From Clostridiales bacterium UBA4698 (GTDB lineage Bacteria > Bacillota > Clostridia > TANB77 > UBA1234), in assembly GCA_002404755.1 (NCBI GenBank), contig DHKI01000007.1:79-64078 (forward strand): a stretch of DNA of 64,000 nucleotides, in the 5' to 3' direction. This document shows, in pieces, positions 38,616-47,988 of the stretch. Positions within the stretch are counted from its first letter, which is position 1; each line of letters starts with the position of its first letter. The notes under the pieces are model-generated. The model was not told the DNA's origin and made no database searches. It worked only from the letters and a program-made list of their open reading frames with translations. The position numbers and the translations under genes were made by a program.

Positions 38616-39110
38616 ATGAAAATTAATTTTGATATTAAAAATAAAAAAGCAGGATTAGAAGCAGATGTTGAGAAGATTGTAGAAAAAGGTATGGAAAACC
38701 ACAAAGAAGAATGGAAAGATAAATTTAATACTAAATATACTGCCAAAAAAGAAATGCTAGAGATGAAGCACAAGCATAAAATGGAATTTGAAGAAAAGAA
38801 ACATAATAAGAAGAATTGGATACAAAAGATTCAAGAGGATAAGCTAAAGAAAAAAGAATTAGAGTTAGAAGCAATACGACTAAAAGACGAAGAAAAAAAG
38901 AAAATATTAAAAATAAAAATAATAGCCTCTGTGGCATTGGGAATAATTGGAATCACAATGATGAGTGTTGGAGGTCTTTTGGGAGCAGCATCTGGAGATC
39001 CTAATTCTGGTTGGCATATGATATCTGTTATTGGACTTTTTCCTTTAATTAGTGTAGGGTTTGTTTGGACAAGTGATTCTGATAAAAAAAGAAACTTATT
39101 TGACAAATAG
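38616..39110 (+). CDS. Lys/Glu-rich protein with C-terminal TM helices
   Basis: 164-aa ORF with a charged coiled-coil-like N-terminus and two C-terminal hydrophobic segments. Confidence 0.5.
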   Translation: MKINFDIKNKKAGLEADVEKIVEKGMENHKEEWKDKFNTKYTAKKEMLEMKHKHKMEFEEKKHNKKNWIQKIQEDKLKKKELELEAIRLKDEEKKKILKIKIIASVALGIIGITMMSVGGLLGAASGDPNSGWHMISVIGLFPLISVGFVWTSDSDKKRNLFDK

Positions 39111-39149
39111 TTGAATAAGTTTCTTTTTTTTAGAAAGGAGGTTTTAAAA

Positions 39150-40265
39150 ATGATTATCGCAGTAACAAGAGATAATGAGAATCTAATAAATCAAGTATGT
39201 AATACATTAGGTAATGATGTGCAGATAATGACTGGAGTTACTAATATAAAAAGGTTTGCTATTCAAGAAATGAGAAATTTAAATAATTACTCGAATATAA
39301 TAATTGATTTAGTTGGCTTGGTAGATAGCGAAGATGATATTGTTGATGCAGTAGTTGCACTAAAATCGATGTATAGCATAAGAATAACAATAATAGCAAC
39401 TGGTTATCAGTATGGTAATAGTTTATTAGCAAAACTATTTAATGAGGGAATATATAATTTTGTAACTAGTATTGATATTAGAAAACAAGAGAAAGAATTA
39501 TACCAATGTATTAGTGGAGATGGAAAACAGTATAAAGACTCTATAAGATATAGAAATACCGAGAATTTATCAACTGGAGATAAGATAATTGTTAAGAAAG
39601 AATATAAAAAGCTAAAGCAATGTGTAACAATAGCTATTGCAGGTACAGAAAAACATATAGGAGTTACAACACAAGCACTTGCAATAACAAAGTTCTTAAA
39701 TAACTTAAATATGAATGCTTGTTATATTCAAGCTAATAAAAAGCAAGATATAGAAACTTTAGAAGCCTTTTTTGATGTAGAAGTCAAAGAGGGCTTTATT
39801 AGTTATAGTGGAATTGATATATACAACAAAGATAAAACAGTTAATGCAATAGAATATGGATATGATTTTTATATTTATGATATGGGTAATTTCAACGAAA
39901 TAACTGATTTAGATAGCTTTCTTACTAAAGATGTAAAAATTATAGTTAGTGGAACAAAATCTTGGGAACAAGACAATTTGATGCTTGTCTTTGACAAACT
40001 AGGCATAGTCAATAATATTAATTACATTTTTAACTTTGCACCCGAGATACAAAAGTTAGAAATAACTGAAAATATGGGCAAACTTGGAATTAGAACAGTT
40101 TTCTCAAATTATATGCCAGATCCATTTGTGGTAGATGCTAACGAAAATGAATATCAAAAGATTTTAAGTGATTATATAGCAGAAAAATCAACAAAGACAG
40201 AGATTATACCTATTCAAAAGAAAAAAGGTTTTTTAGCAAATTTAATGGAAAGGAGGAATAAGTAG
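39150..40265 (+). CDS. Hypothetical protein; possible receiver-like N-domain plus a degenerate ParA/CpaE-like P-loop domain
   Basis: Start at ATG 39150 after AAAGGAGG. VTIAIAGTEKHIGVTTQALAI resembles a deviant Walker A that lacks the Lys. Assignment is weak. Confidence 0.35.
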   Translation: MIIAVTRDNENLINQVCNTLGNDVQIMTGVTNIKRFAIQEMRNLNNYSNIIIDLVGLVDSEDDIVDAVVALKSMYSIRITIIATGYQYGNSLLAKLFNEGIYNFVTSIDIRKQEKELYQCISGDGKQYKDSIRYRNTENLSTGDKIIVKKEYKKLKQCVTIAIAGTEKHIGVTTQALAITKFLNNLNMNACYIQANKKQDIETLEAFFDVEVKEGFISYSGIDIYNKDKTVNAIEYGYDFYIYDMGNFNEITDLDSFLTKDVKIIVSGTKSWEQDNLMLVFDKLGIVNNINYIFNFAPEIQKLEITENMGKLGIRTVFSNYMPDPFVVDANENEYQKILSDYIAEKSTKTEIIPIQKKKGFLANLMERRNK

Positions 40266-40534
40266 TGAAGAAAAGTTTTTATGAACTGTATTTAGAAAGA
40301 CAAAGAAGTAATAATGATACGAAAATATTAGAACAAGAAATACCTAAAATAAGAAGTCCGAGCAGAAACAGAGTAATAGTATCATATTATTTGTGGCAAA
40401 TAACAAAAATTATAGTTTTAATTGTTATTTGTTTGTTAGCAACGATAGGTTGCATATCAATATTAAATGAAAATATTAAAAATCAAATTATAGAGCTGCT
40501 TTTTAGTAGTTCTTTTTTTGATACCTTAATTTAG
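40265..40534 (+). CDS. Small membrane protein
   Basis: 89 aa with one TM helix. The GTG start overlaps the previous stop. Confidence 0.4.
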   Translation: MKKSFYELYLERQRSNNDTKILEQEIPKIRSPSRNRVIVSYYLWQITKIIVLIVICLLATIGCISILNENIKNQIIELLFSSSFFDTLI

Positions 40535-40549
40535 AAAGGGGAAAATTAA

Positions 40550-41626
40550 ATGAAGCAGTTTTTTAGAATGATGTTTATTTGCTTAATGCTTGTAGTGATA
40601 AACACAACAGCTTTTGCAGTAAACTTTGAGCCGATTAGTACAGTAATAACAAATGAAAGTGGAGATACATATATAATAAGAACATATACAGTATCTGAAG
40701 CTGATAATGAGTTATTTAAGCCTGGTATAATTCAAAAGTTTAGCGAGGGGGGACATAGTTATTCATTAGACAGTATTAAACAGACTGGTGGAAATGTAGT
40801 GCTAAACAAAGAAGAAACACAGATTAAGATTGTTGAAACAGATACAGATGATAGTATTGAAATCTTAAAACAATTACCTGCAAGTATCGATTATGAGGAA
40901 GATGGTTATGTAGGAGAATTGAATTTAAATAATAATTCAATACTTACAACAAAAGTTTCAAATGGCACTTATACAAAACAATATACAGTTAGTGAAGATG
41001 TGAATTTTTCAAATTTTACACCAAATGATTTATACGACGTGCCAAAAACGAAAGTAAAAAATGGTGTAACAATGAAATTACTAAATGTAGATTGGAAAGT
41101 TCAAACTAGCGAATATGTTGCAGGTAGTCAAGTGCCAGTCTATTATAGTGGAATTGCACATTACGCAGGAATAGGAACAAGAGTAGTAGAAAGTACTGCA
41201 AAATATTCAACGAGTGCTGAGTATAAAGGAAATATTGTTAAAGAGGAAACATATCCAATTACCTATACTATTAAGTACAAACAAGATAGCACAGGATTAG
41301 TAGTCGGTATTTTAGTGGCAATATTATCGGCAGGGTTAATTGCTTTAGCGATGTTCTTTATTTTTAGAAAGAGTGTAAAAATATATAATGCTCAAAATGA
41401 TGAGTATGTACTTATAAATAAACGAAATATAAATTACTCAAATCCAGTAATAAATTTAAGTAATTTAATACAAAAGAGTATGAGTAATATGTATAAGATT
41501 ATTTTAAGTAAGAATGCGACTAAAAAGTTGTATGGTACAAAAATTAAAGTTGTAGGAAATAATAAAACTACAAATCATTTAGTAAATGCTTATGATACAG
41601 AATATAGTTTTGAAGTAATTATATAA
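40550..41626 (+). CDS. Secreted protein with a C-proximal TM anchor
   Basis: Signal peptide (MFICLMLVVINTTAFA) and a TM helix (LVVGILVAILSAGLIALAMFFIF). Confidence 0.5.
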   Translation: MKQFFRMMFICLMLVVINTTAFAVNFEPISTVITNESGDTYIIRTYTVSEADNELFKPGIIQKFSEGGHSYSLDSIKQTGGNVVLNKEETQIKIVETDTDDSIEILKQLPASIDYEEDGYVGELNLNNNSILTTKVSNGTYTKQYTVSEDVNFSNFTPNDLYDVPKTKVKNGVTMKLLNVDWKVQTSEYVAGSQVPVYYSGIAHYAGIGTRVVESTAKYSTSAEYKGNIVKEETYPITYTIKYKQDSTGLVVGILVAILSAGLIALAMFFIFRKSVKIYNAQNDEYVLINKRNINYSNPVINLSNLIQKSMSNMYKIILSKNATKKLYGTKIKVVGNNKTTNHLVNAYDTEYSFEVII

Positions 41627-41643
41627 AATGAGGAGGAATTAAA

Positions 41644-42372
41644 GTGAAAATGGGAATAACAGTAGGATTAGCAATTCTCTTGATAATTGGAGGAGTTGCT
41701 ATTTTTTTATCTGGAAATAGTGAGGATATAACATCTAATAAAGCTATTGTAATAGATAGTCATTTAGAGAAGTCTGGCGAAAAAACTGATGAATTTGAAA
41801 ATACTACAAGTGGCGAAAATCAAGAAGAAGTTAACCAAGAAACTGTTGAGAATAACGAGGTTAAAGCAACAGTTAAACAACAAAATAGTACAGTTACAAC
41901 ACTAGCACAAACAACAACTAATACAACAGTAGAAGAAGTTGTAATCCAAGAAGAAATTATTGAAACAGTTATAGATAATACAGTAATACCTAGTGATAGT
42001 GTAGGTCTATTAACTATACCTAAACTATCAGTAAAACAAGCAGTTTTAGATGGACATTCTTTAGAAGTGTTAAAAAAAGGACTAGGACATTTTGATGATA
42101 CTGCATATTGGCAAGGAAATATTGGAATTTTAGGACATAACTCTGGAAGTGCAGGGTACTTTGAAAAATTAAAAAGTTTAGTTGTGGGCGATAGTATAAG
42201 CTATACCACAGAGCATGGAACTAGAAATTATAAAGTATCTTCAATTACTGAAATTGCAGATACTGATTGGAGTGTACTTGCAAATACAACAGATAATAGA
42301 ATTACTCTTATTACTTGTGTAAAAGGAGTACCAGAGAAAAGACTTTGCATACAGGCAAAAGAAGTTTTTTAG
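41644..42372 (+). CDS. Sortase-family transpeptidase
   Basis: N-terminal TM helix, GILGHNSG (catalytic His region) and RITLITC (TLxTC Cys motif). Confidence 0.8.
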   Translation: MKMGITVGLAILLIIGGVAIFLSGNSEDITSNKAIVIDSHLEKSGEKTDEFENTTSGENQEEVNQETVENNEVKATVKQQNSTVTTLAQTTTNTTVEEVVIQEEIIETVIDNTVIPSDSVGLLTIPKLSVKQAVLDGHSLEVLKKGLGHFDDTAYWQGNIGILGHNSGSAGYFEKLKSLVVGDSISYTTEHGTRNYKVSSITEIADTDWSVLANTTDNRITLITCVKGVPEKRLCIQAKEVF

Positions 42373-42389
42373 AATGGAGGAAATGAGAT

Positions 42390-45300
42390 ATGAAGAAAAA
42401 ATTTTATAATAGATTTATTAGTTTTTTATGTGCAGTAATAACAATGTTGAATCCGTTTACTGCATTTTTTAGTAGCACATCTTATGCAAAGACAACAGAT
42501 GATTTTATTGATTCACGAATACTATTAGTAGACAAAGGGACTTGTGGTAAATTTCTAACTTATGATGGAGAAGAAATTAAAGCAACATTTGTAGTTTATT
42601 CTACTAGTGATGGGAAAGAATATCCTGCTTATTGTAATGAGCCATCATTTCAAGGAGTTGGAACTGGCGATATATCTTATGGCGAATATATTGTAAAAGG
42701 AAAAATTAAAGATGATAGGTTGTGGAGAGTTGCAACGAATGGCTTTCCATATAAAAATCCTAGTGAGATGGAAGTGAATGGTGAAAGAGAGGCTTTCTTT
42801 ACAACAAAACAAGCAATATATAGAACTTTAGATGATGAGGGAATAGAAAAATATGGCTCACTAAATTCAGAGGGCGAAAATATGCTTGAAAGTATGAATG
42901 AGTTATATGAAATCGGATTAAATGGTAGTGATGGGTATGTAGAGCCAGAACTTACAGTTAAAGCCGAAACAAAAGAAACGGTGCTAGATGAAAATGCTCC
43001 ACGATATAAATCACAAGTATTTAGTGTAACTGGTAACTGTGAATTTGATAGTTATGAAGTGTCTTTTGAATTAAGTGATTTACCATTAGGTACAAAGATT
43101 ACTGATGAGAATGGAATAGAGCGAACTACTTTTTCTTCAGATGAAAAATTTAAAGTTATGATACCAGTTAATGAAAACAATGCGACTAGTTTTAAGGTAA
43201 ATGTAAAAGCTGATTTAAAGAGTATGCCAGTTTATTATGCAGAGTGTGATAATATTAGAATGCAAACAATGTTAATTACTGCAAATCCTTATGAAACTGT
43301 AACAACAAATGCAACAGTAAAATTAAATCCAATTACTGCTACAATAGAGATTCGAAAAAGAGATAGTGTTACAAACGAGAAATTAGGAAATGCAACTTTT
43401 GAAGTAACCAAAGTAGATGGGCAAATTGTTGGTACTTACGTTACAGATAAAAATGGAAGTGTATTTATAGATGTAACAGAGAGTGGTTATTATAAAGTAA
43501 CCGAAATTGAAGCCCCTGATGGTTATTTACTATCTGATAATGCGAGTGAAAATGAGCAAATTATATTAGTTGAATTTAATAAAGAAAATGTTCTTACTTT
43601 CTTGAATGATAAAAAGGCAGGAATTGAAATTTTGAAACTTGATAAGGAAACAAGTAAACCACTTGCTAATGCAAGATACAGAGTTAGTAAGGCAGATGGC
43701 ACTTTAGTTGGCGAATATACAACAAATAAAAGTGGAACTATAAATATTCAAGATTTAGAAATAGGAACTTATGATGTAGAAGAAATAGAAGCACCTACAA
43801 ATTATTTAATAGATACAACTGTACATAAAGTTAATGTGATAGAAAATGAAGTAACAAAATTAGTTTTAGCAAACAAGAAACTTATGGGAATACAAATTAT
43901 CAAAAGAGATAGTTTAACAGAAAAACCACTTGCAAATGCAACTTTTGAAGTAGTTTTAATTAATAGCAGTTATTCAAATACAAAGTATATAGGCGATTTT
44001 ACTACTGATGAAACAGGAACAATAACAATTCCTAATTTGTATCCAGGAGTATATGGAATTACAGAAATAAAAGCACCAAGAGGGTACAATATGGATGTTG
44101 AGCAGAAGTTAATTGAAGTATCAATAGAAAATGATGCAATAGTTGAATTGACTAATACTGCAAAGGCGGGGGTGCAAATTAAAAAAGTAGATGAGAATAC
44201 AGGAGAGCCACTTGCTAATGCAAAATTTAGAATAACAAATATTAATGGACAAGCAGTTGGCGAATATACAACTACAAGAACTGGTTTTATAAATGTACCA
44301 GAACTAGAGGCAGGATTTTACATTGTAGAGGAAACACAAGCACCAGATGGTTATATTTTAGATAATACTCCTAAAACAGTTGAGGTTAGAGAAAATGCAC
44401 CTACGATTATTGAATTTGCAAACAAGCAGAAAGGTGGAATACAAATATTAAAAGTAGATGCAGTTACTGGTACACCATTAAAAGGAGCTAAATTTAGAGT
44501 AACTACTAAAAATGGTTTGTTTATTGGAGAGTATGAAACAGATAGACTAGGACATATCAATTTACCAGAGTTAGATAACGGTTGGTACACGATTTTAGAA
44601 ATTGAAGCACCAGAGGGGTACATATTAGATGAAGTAAAACAAGATGTAGAAGTAACTAGTTATAAGACTCAAATAGTTGAATTTACAAACAAAGCGAAAG
44701 CAGGAATTCAAATTATAAAGAGAGATAGTGTTACAAAAGAGGGTATTAAAGGAGTGCAATTTGAAGTAACAAAAATCAATGGCGAATTGGTTGGTAGATA
44801 TATGACAAATGCAGGAGGACTAATTAGTATATCTGACCTTGATGAGGGGTGGTATATTGTTACTGAAACAAGTACAGTTGATGGCTATAAAATTGATGCT
44901 ATACCAAGAAATGTAGAAGTTAAATCGAATGTACCTGCTATTGTTGAGTTTGAAAATGAGCCATTTGGTACACTTATAATTCAAAAAATTGATAGTGTCA
45001 CAGGTAAAGGTTTAGCAAAGGTAAAATTTAATATAACAAAAGAAAATGGTGAGTTTGTAGGTAACTTTACTACTGATGAATTTGGACAAATAAAATTATC
45101 AAAAACACTTACACCTAGTACATATTTAGTAAAAGAGATTAGTACAGTTGATGGTTATAAAATTGATAATACTATTCAAAAAGTAGATATAAATTGGGGA
45201 GATAATAAACTTGTTCAAATAAAGAACAATCCTTATGGATCTTTAAGAATAACCAAAATAGATAGTAAGACAAAAGAAAATTTAGAGGGAGTAAGATATA

Positions 45301-46346
45301 GATTAGAAACAGAAGATGGAGAGTTAGTAGGTAAGTATACTACAAATGAAGATGGACAAATCTTTATCGAAAAGAAATTAGAAGCAGGAATATATTATTT
45401 AAGAGAAATTGATTCACTAGATAATTATGTTGTTGATACAGAAAAGCACAAAATAGAAATTAATTGGGGTAAGACAACAACATTACAATTAAAAAATACA
45501 GAGATAACAGGAAAAATTCAAATAGTAAAAAGAAGTATCGATAATAATGCTTATACAGGAAAAATTGCAGGAACATTATTAAAAGGTGCTACTTTTGAAG
45601 TAAGAAATGAGGAAAAAGAAGTTGTAGCAAAAATTACAACTAATTATGATGGTGTAGCAACAACAAAAGAATTACCTTATGGAATTTATAAAGTAAAAGA
45701 AATTGTTGCACCAGAATATTACTTGAAATCTGATAGAGAATTTGAAGTTGAAATCTCTGAGAATGGTAAAGTGGAAATTTTAGAAGTGTATAATGAAAGT
45801 TTAAAATTAGCGACAAGTGTAAATAAAACAGGTGTAAGAGAAACACAATGTAAAGACGTTATTAGATATGATTTTACAAATATTGCAAACAACTCAAATA
45901 CATCATTAAATACCTTTGTATGGCACGATGCATTGCCAATAGAAACAAAATTGCAAAAAGTGTTTACTGGAACTTGGAACGAGAATTTAACTTATACAGT
46001 ATCGTATAAAACAAATTTAGATAGCAATTATAAAGTGTTTAGAACAAATCTATTTACAAATCAAATTTATGAGTTAGATTTTACAAGTATACCTTTACAA
46101 GTTGATGAGTATATTACAGATTATATTTTTGAATTTGGTACAGTAAAAGCAGGATTTACACAAGTGGAAGCACCATTCATATTTGTAGAGGTTAATAATT
46201 ATTTAGCAGATGGCAGAGAATTTATTAATTATACTGAAGTAACAGGAAATTATAAAGAAATCATAGTATCTGCAAATTCTTCTTGGAAAACAATAATTTA
46301 TAACAAAACTTTAAAACCTGTTAAATTGCCTAAAACAGGCAATTAG
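42390..46346 (+). CDS. Surface adhesin: signal peptide, thioester-type domain, nine CnaB/SpaA-like repeats and a C-terminal LPKTG
   Basis: YPAYCNEP (Cys) plus FFTTKQAIY (TQxA-type Gln) suggest a Cys-Gln thioester domain. Nine ~88-aa repeats fit the pattern [IL]x[IL]xKxDxxTxxPLxxAxFxV...GxY.[IV].E..AP.GY (about 43320-45800). The ORF ends LPKTGN-stop. Confidence 0.85.
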   Translation: MKKKFYNRFISFLCAVITMLNPFTAFFSSTSYAKTTDDFIDSRILLVDKGTCGKFLTYDGEEIKATFVVYSTSDGKEYPAYCNEPSFQGVGTGDISYGEYIVKGKIKDDRLWRVATNGFPYKNPSEMEVNGEREAFFTTKQAIYRTLDDEGIEKYGSLNSEGENMLESMNELYEIGLNGSDGYVEPELTVKAETKETVLDENAPRYKSQVFSVTGNCEFDSYEVSFELSDLPLGTKITDENGIERTTFSSDEKFKVMIPVNENNATSFKVNVKADLKSMPVYYAECDNIRMQTMLITANPYETVTTNATVKLNPITATIEIRKRDSVTNEKLGNATFEVTKVDGQIVGTYVTDKNGSVFIDVTESGYYKVTEIEAPDGYLLSDNASENEQIILVEFNKENVLTFLNDKKAGIEILKLDKETSKPLANARYRVSKADGTLVGEYTTNKSGTINIQDLEIGTYDVEEIEAPTNYLIDTTVHKVNVIENEVTKLVLANKKLMGIQIIKRDSLTEKPLANATFEVVLINSSYSNTKYIGDFTTDETGTITIPNLYPGVYGITEIKAPRGYNMDVEQKLIEVSIENDAIVELTNTAKAGVQIKKVDENTGEPLANAKFRITNINGQAVGEYTTTRTGFINVPELEAGFYIVEETQAPDGYILDNTPKTVEVRENAPTIIEFANKQKGGIQILKVDAVTGTPLKGAKFRVTTKNGLFIGEYETDRLGHINLPELDNGWYTILEIEAPEGYILDEVKQDVEVTSYKTQIVEFTNKAKAGIQIIKRDSVTKEGIKGVQFEVTKINGELVGRYMTNAGGLISISDLDEGWYIVTETSTVDGYKIDAIPRNVEVKSNVPAIVEFENEPFGTLIIQKIDSVTGKGLAKVKFNITKENGEFVGNFTTDEFGQIKLSKTLTPSTYLVKEISTVDGYKIDNTIQKVDINWGDNKLVQIKNNPYGSLRITKIDSKTKENLEGVRYRLETEDGELVGKYTTNEDGQIFIEKKLEAGIYYLREIDSLDNYVVDTEKHKIEINWGKTTTLQLKNTEITGKIQIVKRSIDNNAYTGKIAGTLLKGATFEVRNEEKEVVAKITTNYDGVATTKELPYGIYKVKEIVAPEYYLKSDREFEVEISENGKVEILEVYNESLKLATSVNKTGVRETQCKDVIRYDFTNIANNSNTSLNTFVWHDALPIETKLQKVFTGTWNENLTYTVSYKTNLDSNYKVFRTNLFTNQIYELDFTSIPLQVDEYITDYIFEFGTVKAGFTQVEAPFIFVEVNNYLADGREFINYTEVTGNYKEIIVSANSSWKTIIYNKTLKPVKLPKTGN

Positions 46347-46436
46347 AGAAAATGGAGAATGCTGAAAGCTAGTAATGGCGTGGGGTTGAGTAATAACAAT
46401 ATGTAATGTAGTATGTAGATAAGGATGGTGGTCTGT

Positions 46437-46586
46437 ATGAAACAATATATTGTTAGGGATGTTGATAATCCAAAGAAAGCTGAAGCATTGATGAATCAAA
46501 TGGCACAAGCAGGTTGGAATGTAAAATCCACTTGTTATTGGCAAACTTCACTTTCATACAAGATAGTGATTACTTTTGAAAAATAA
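46437..46586 (+). CDS. Small DUF4177-like protein (49 aa)
   Basis: MKQYIVRDVDNPKKAEALMNQMAQAGWNVKSTCYWQTSLSYKIVITFEK. Below the ORF-track size cutoff. GGATGG lies upstream. A terminator-like hairpin lies at ~46600-46640. Confidence 0.4.
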   Translation: MKQYIVRDVDNPKKAEALMNQMAQAGWNVKSTCYWQTSLSYKIVITFEK

Positions 46587-46654
46587 ATAGATTAAATTTT
46601 TAGGGCGAAGTTGGAAAATACTTTGCCCTTATTTTTTTATAAGGAGGTAGAGCG

Positions 46655-47506
46655 ATGAATGTAATAAAATCGTCAGAAATAATAAAGTACCAGTTTTATT
46701 CAATGCCTAAAGAATTATTTGCAGATAAATATAAAGATTTAAGTTTAGAAGCTAAAATGATATACACATTATTTATTGATAGATTAGAATTATCAAAGAA
46801 AAATAATTGGGTTAATGAAAATGGAGAAGTATATTTGATTTTTAAACGAAGTGAAATCGGTGGTAAATTAAACTTAACTGATAAAACAGTATCTAAAGCA
46901 ATAAAAGATTTAAAGAATTTTAATTTAATCTATGAACAAAGACAAGGATTGGGCAAAGCCAATTTGATATATATAGGAAAGTTAAATTTGGATAATCAAG
47001 ATACGGAAAAATCACCTTTCTTGAACGGTAAAATTTCCGATTCAAGACACGGAAAAAATCCGACTCAAGATACGGAAATTTTCCGACCAAGTAATACTAA
47101 TATAAATAATACTAATTTTAATGATACTGATGTCAGTCAGTCGGTAATAGATGAGGAGTTAGAAAGAATAAAGCAGAAGTGTGAATTGCACTTGCTAGAA
47201 GAAGTAGATAGCAGAGGTAATATAAACACAAAGTTGAGAGAAATAATAGAAAATGCAATCGAAATGATGTACTACTCATCATCTATAACTGTTGGTAATG
47301 CAGTAATACCACAGTATATCGTAAGAAGTAAAATGAAACAGTTAAATGGGGCAAAAATATTTTATGCGTTAGAAAAATTAAAAAATAATTTAAAAAACAC
47401 AGAAAATTTTTCAAATAGTTCAAAATATATAATAAGTTGCCTGTATAACGCAATAAATGAGTACTTTAGCGATGCAGAGATACAGTTTAGAATAGACACA
47501 AATTAA
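46655..47506 (+). CDS. Replication initiator, RepA_N family
   Basis: KYQFYSMPKELFADKYKDLSLEAKMIYTLFIDRLELSKKNNWVNENGEVYLIF is typical of the RepA_N N-terminal domain. Confidence 0.7.
   Translation: MNVIKSSEIIKYQFYSMPKELFADKYKDLSLEAKMIYTLFIDRLELSKKNNWVNENGEVYLIFKRSEIGGKLNLTDKTVSKAIKDLKNFNLIYEQRQGLGKANLIYIGKLNLDNQDTEKSPFLNGKISDSRHGKNPTQDTEIFRPSNTNINNTNFNDTDVSQSVIDEELERIKQKCELHLLEEVDSRGNINTKLREIIENAIEMMYYSSSITVGNAVIPQYIVRSKMKQLNGAKIFYALEKLKNNLKNTENFSNSSKYIISCLYNAINEYFSDAEIQFRIDTN
46996..47086. repeat. Four tandem ~22-bp iteron-like repeats inside the rep gene
   Basis: Units: TCAAGATACGGAAAAATCAC, CTTGAACGGTAAAATTTCCGA, TTCAAGACACGGAAAAAATCCGA and CTCAAGATACGGAAATTTTCCGA. The last contains the palindrome CGGAAA-T-TTTCCG. 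Confidence 0.6.
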
Positions 47507-47584
47507 CTTCAATGCATTGAAGTAACTGGGGTGGACTTCTCTTTTAATACTACCTTATAATTTGCTTATAAGGAGGTATTAAAA

Positions 47585-47869
47585 ATGGAAAAATTAAAAA
47601 GTATGTTAACTGAAATTTTTGACTCAAGAATTGATAATATTGCAAGTGTAACTCCAGAAGAAAGGGAACAAATCAGAGAATTAAAAAATTATGTTGATAC
47701 GGAGGAGTTTTTCCCAGATGCAACAAAAAAAGAACTTGAAAGAATTGAGGAGTTTGCTGATATAGTAACTGAAAATATGGCAAGTGAAATGGGATTCTTT
47801 AATGAAAAATATTATAAAACAGGTTTTGCAGATGCAGTAAAATTAATAATGGAATGTATGAAAATGTGA
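47585..47869 (+). CDS. Hypothetical acidic protein
   Basis: 94-aa ORF with a AAGGAGG RBS. Confidence 0.45.
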   Translation: MEKLKSMLTEIFDSRIDNIASVTPEEREQIRELKNYVDTEEFFPDATKKELERIEEFADIVTENMASEMGFFNEKYYKTGFADAVKLIMECMKM

Positions 47870-47988
47870 TAAATAGGCGAATAATGTAAAAAGACAACTT
47901 CAATTTGTTGAATTAAAAAGCCCAATATGGTATAATAGTTCTGATAGTATAAAATTATCGGAAGTTATATTATCTTGGGGGTGGTAGT

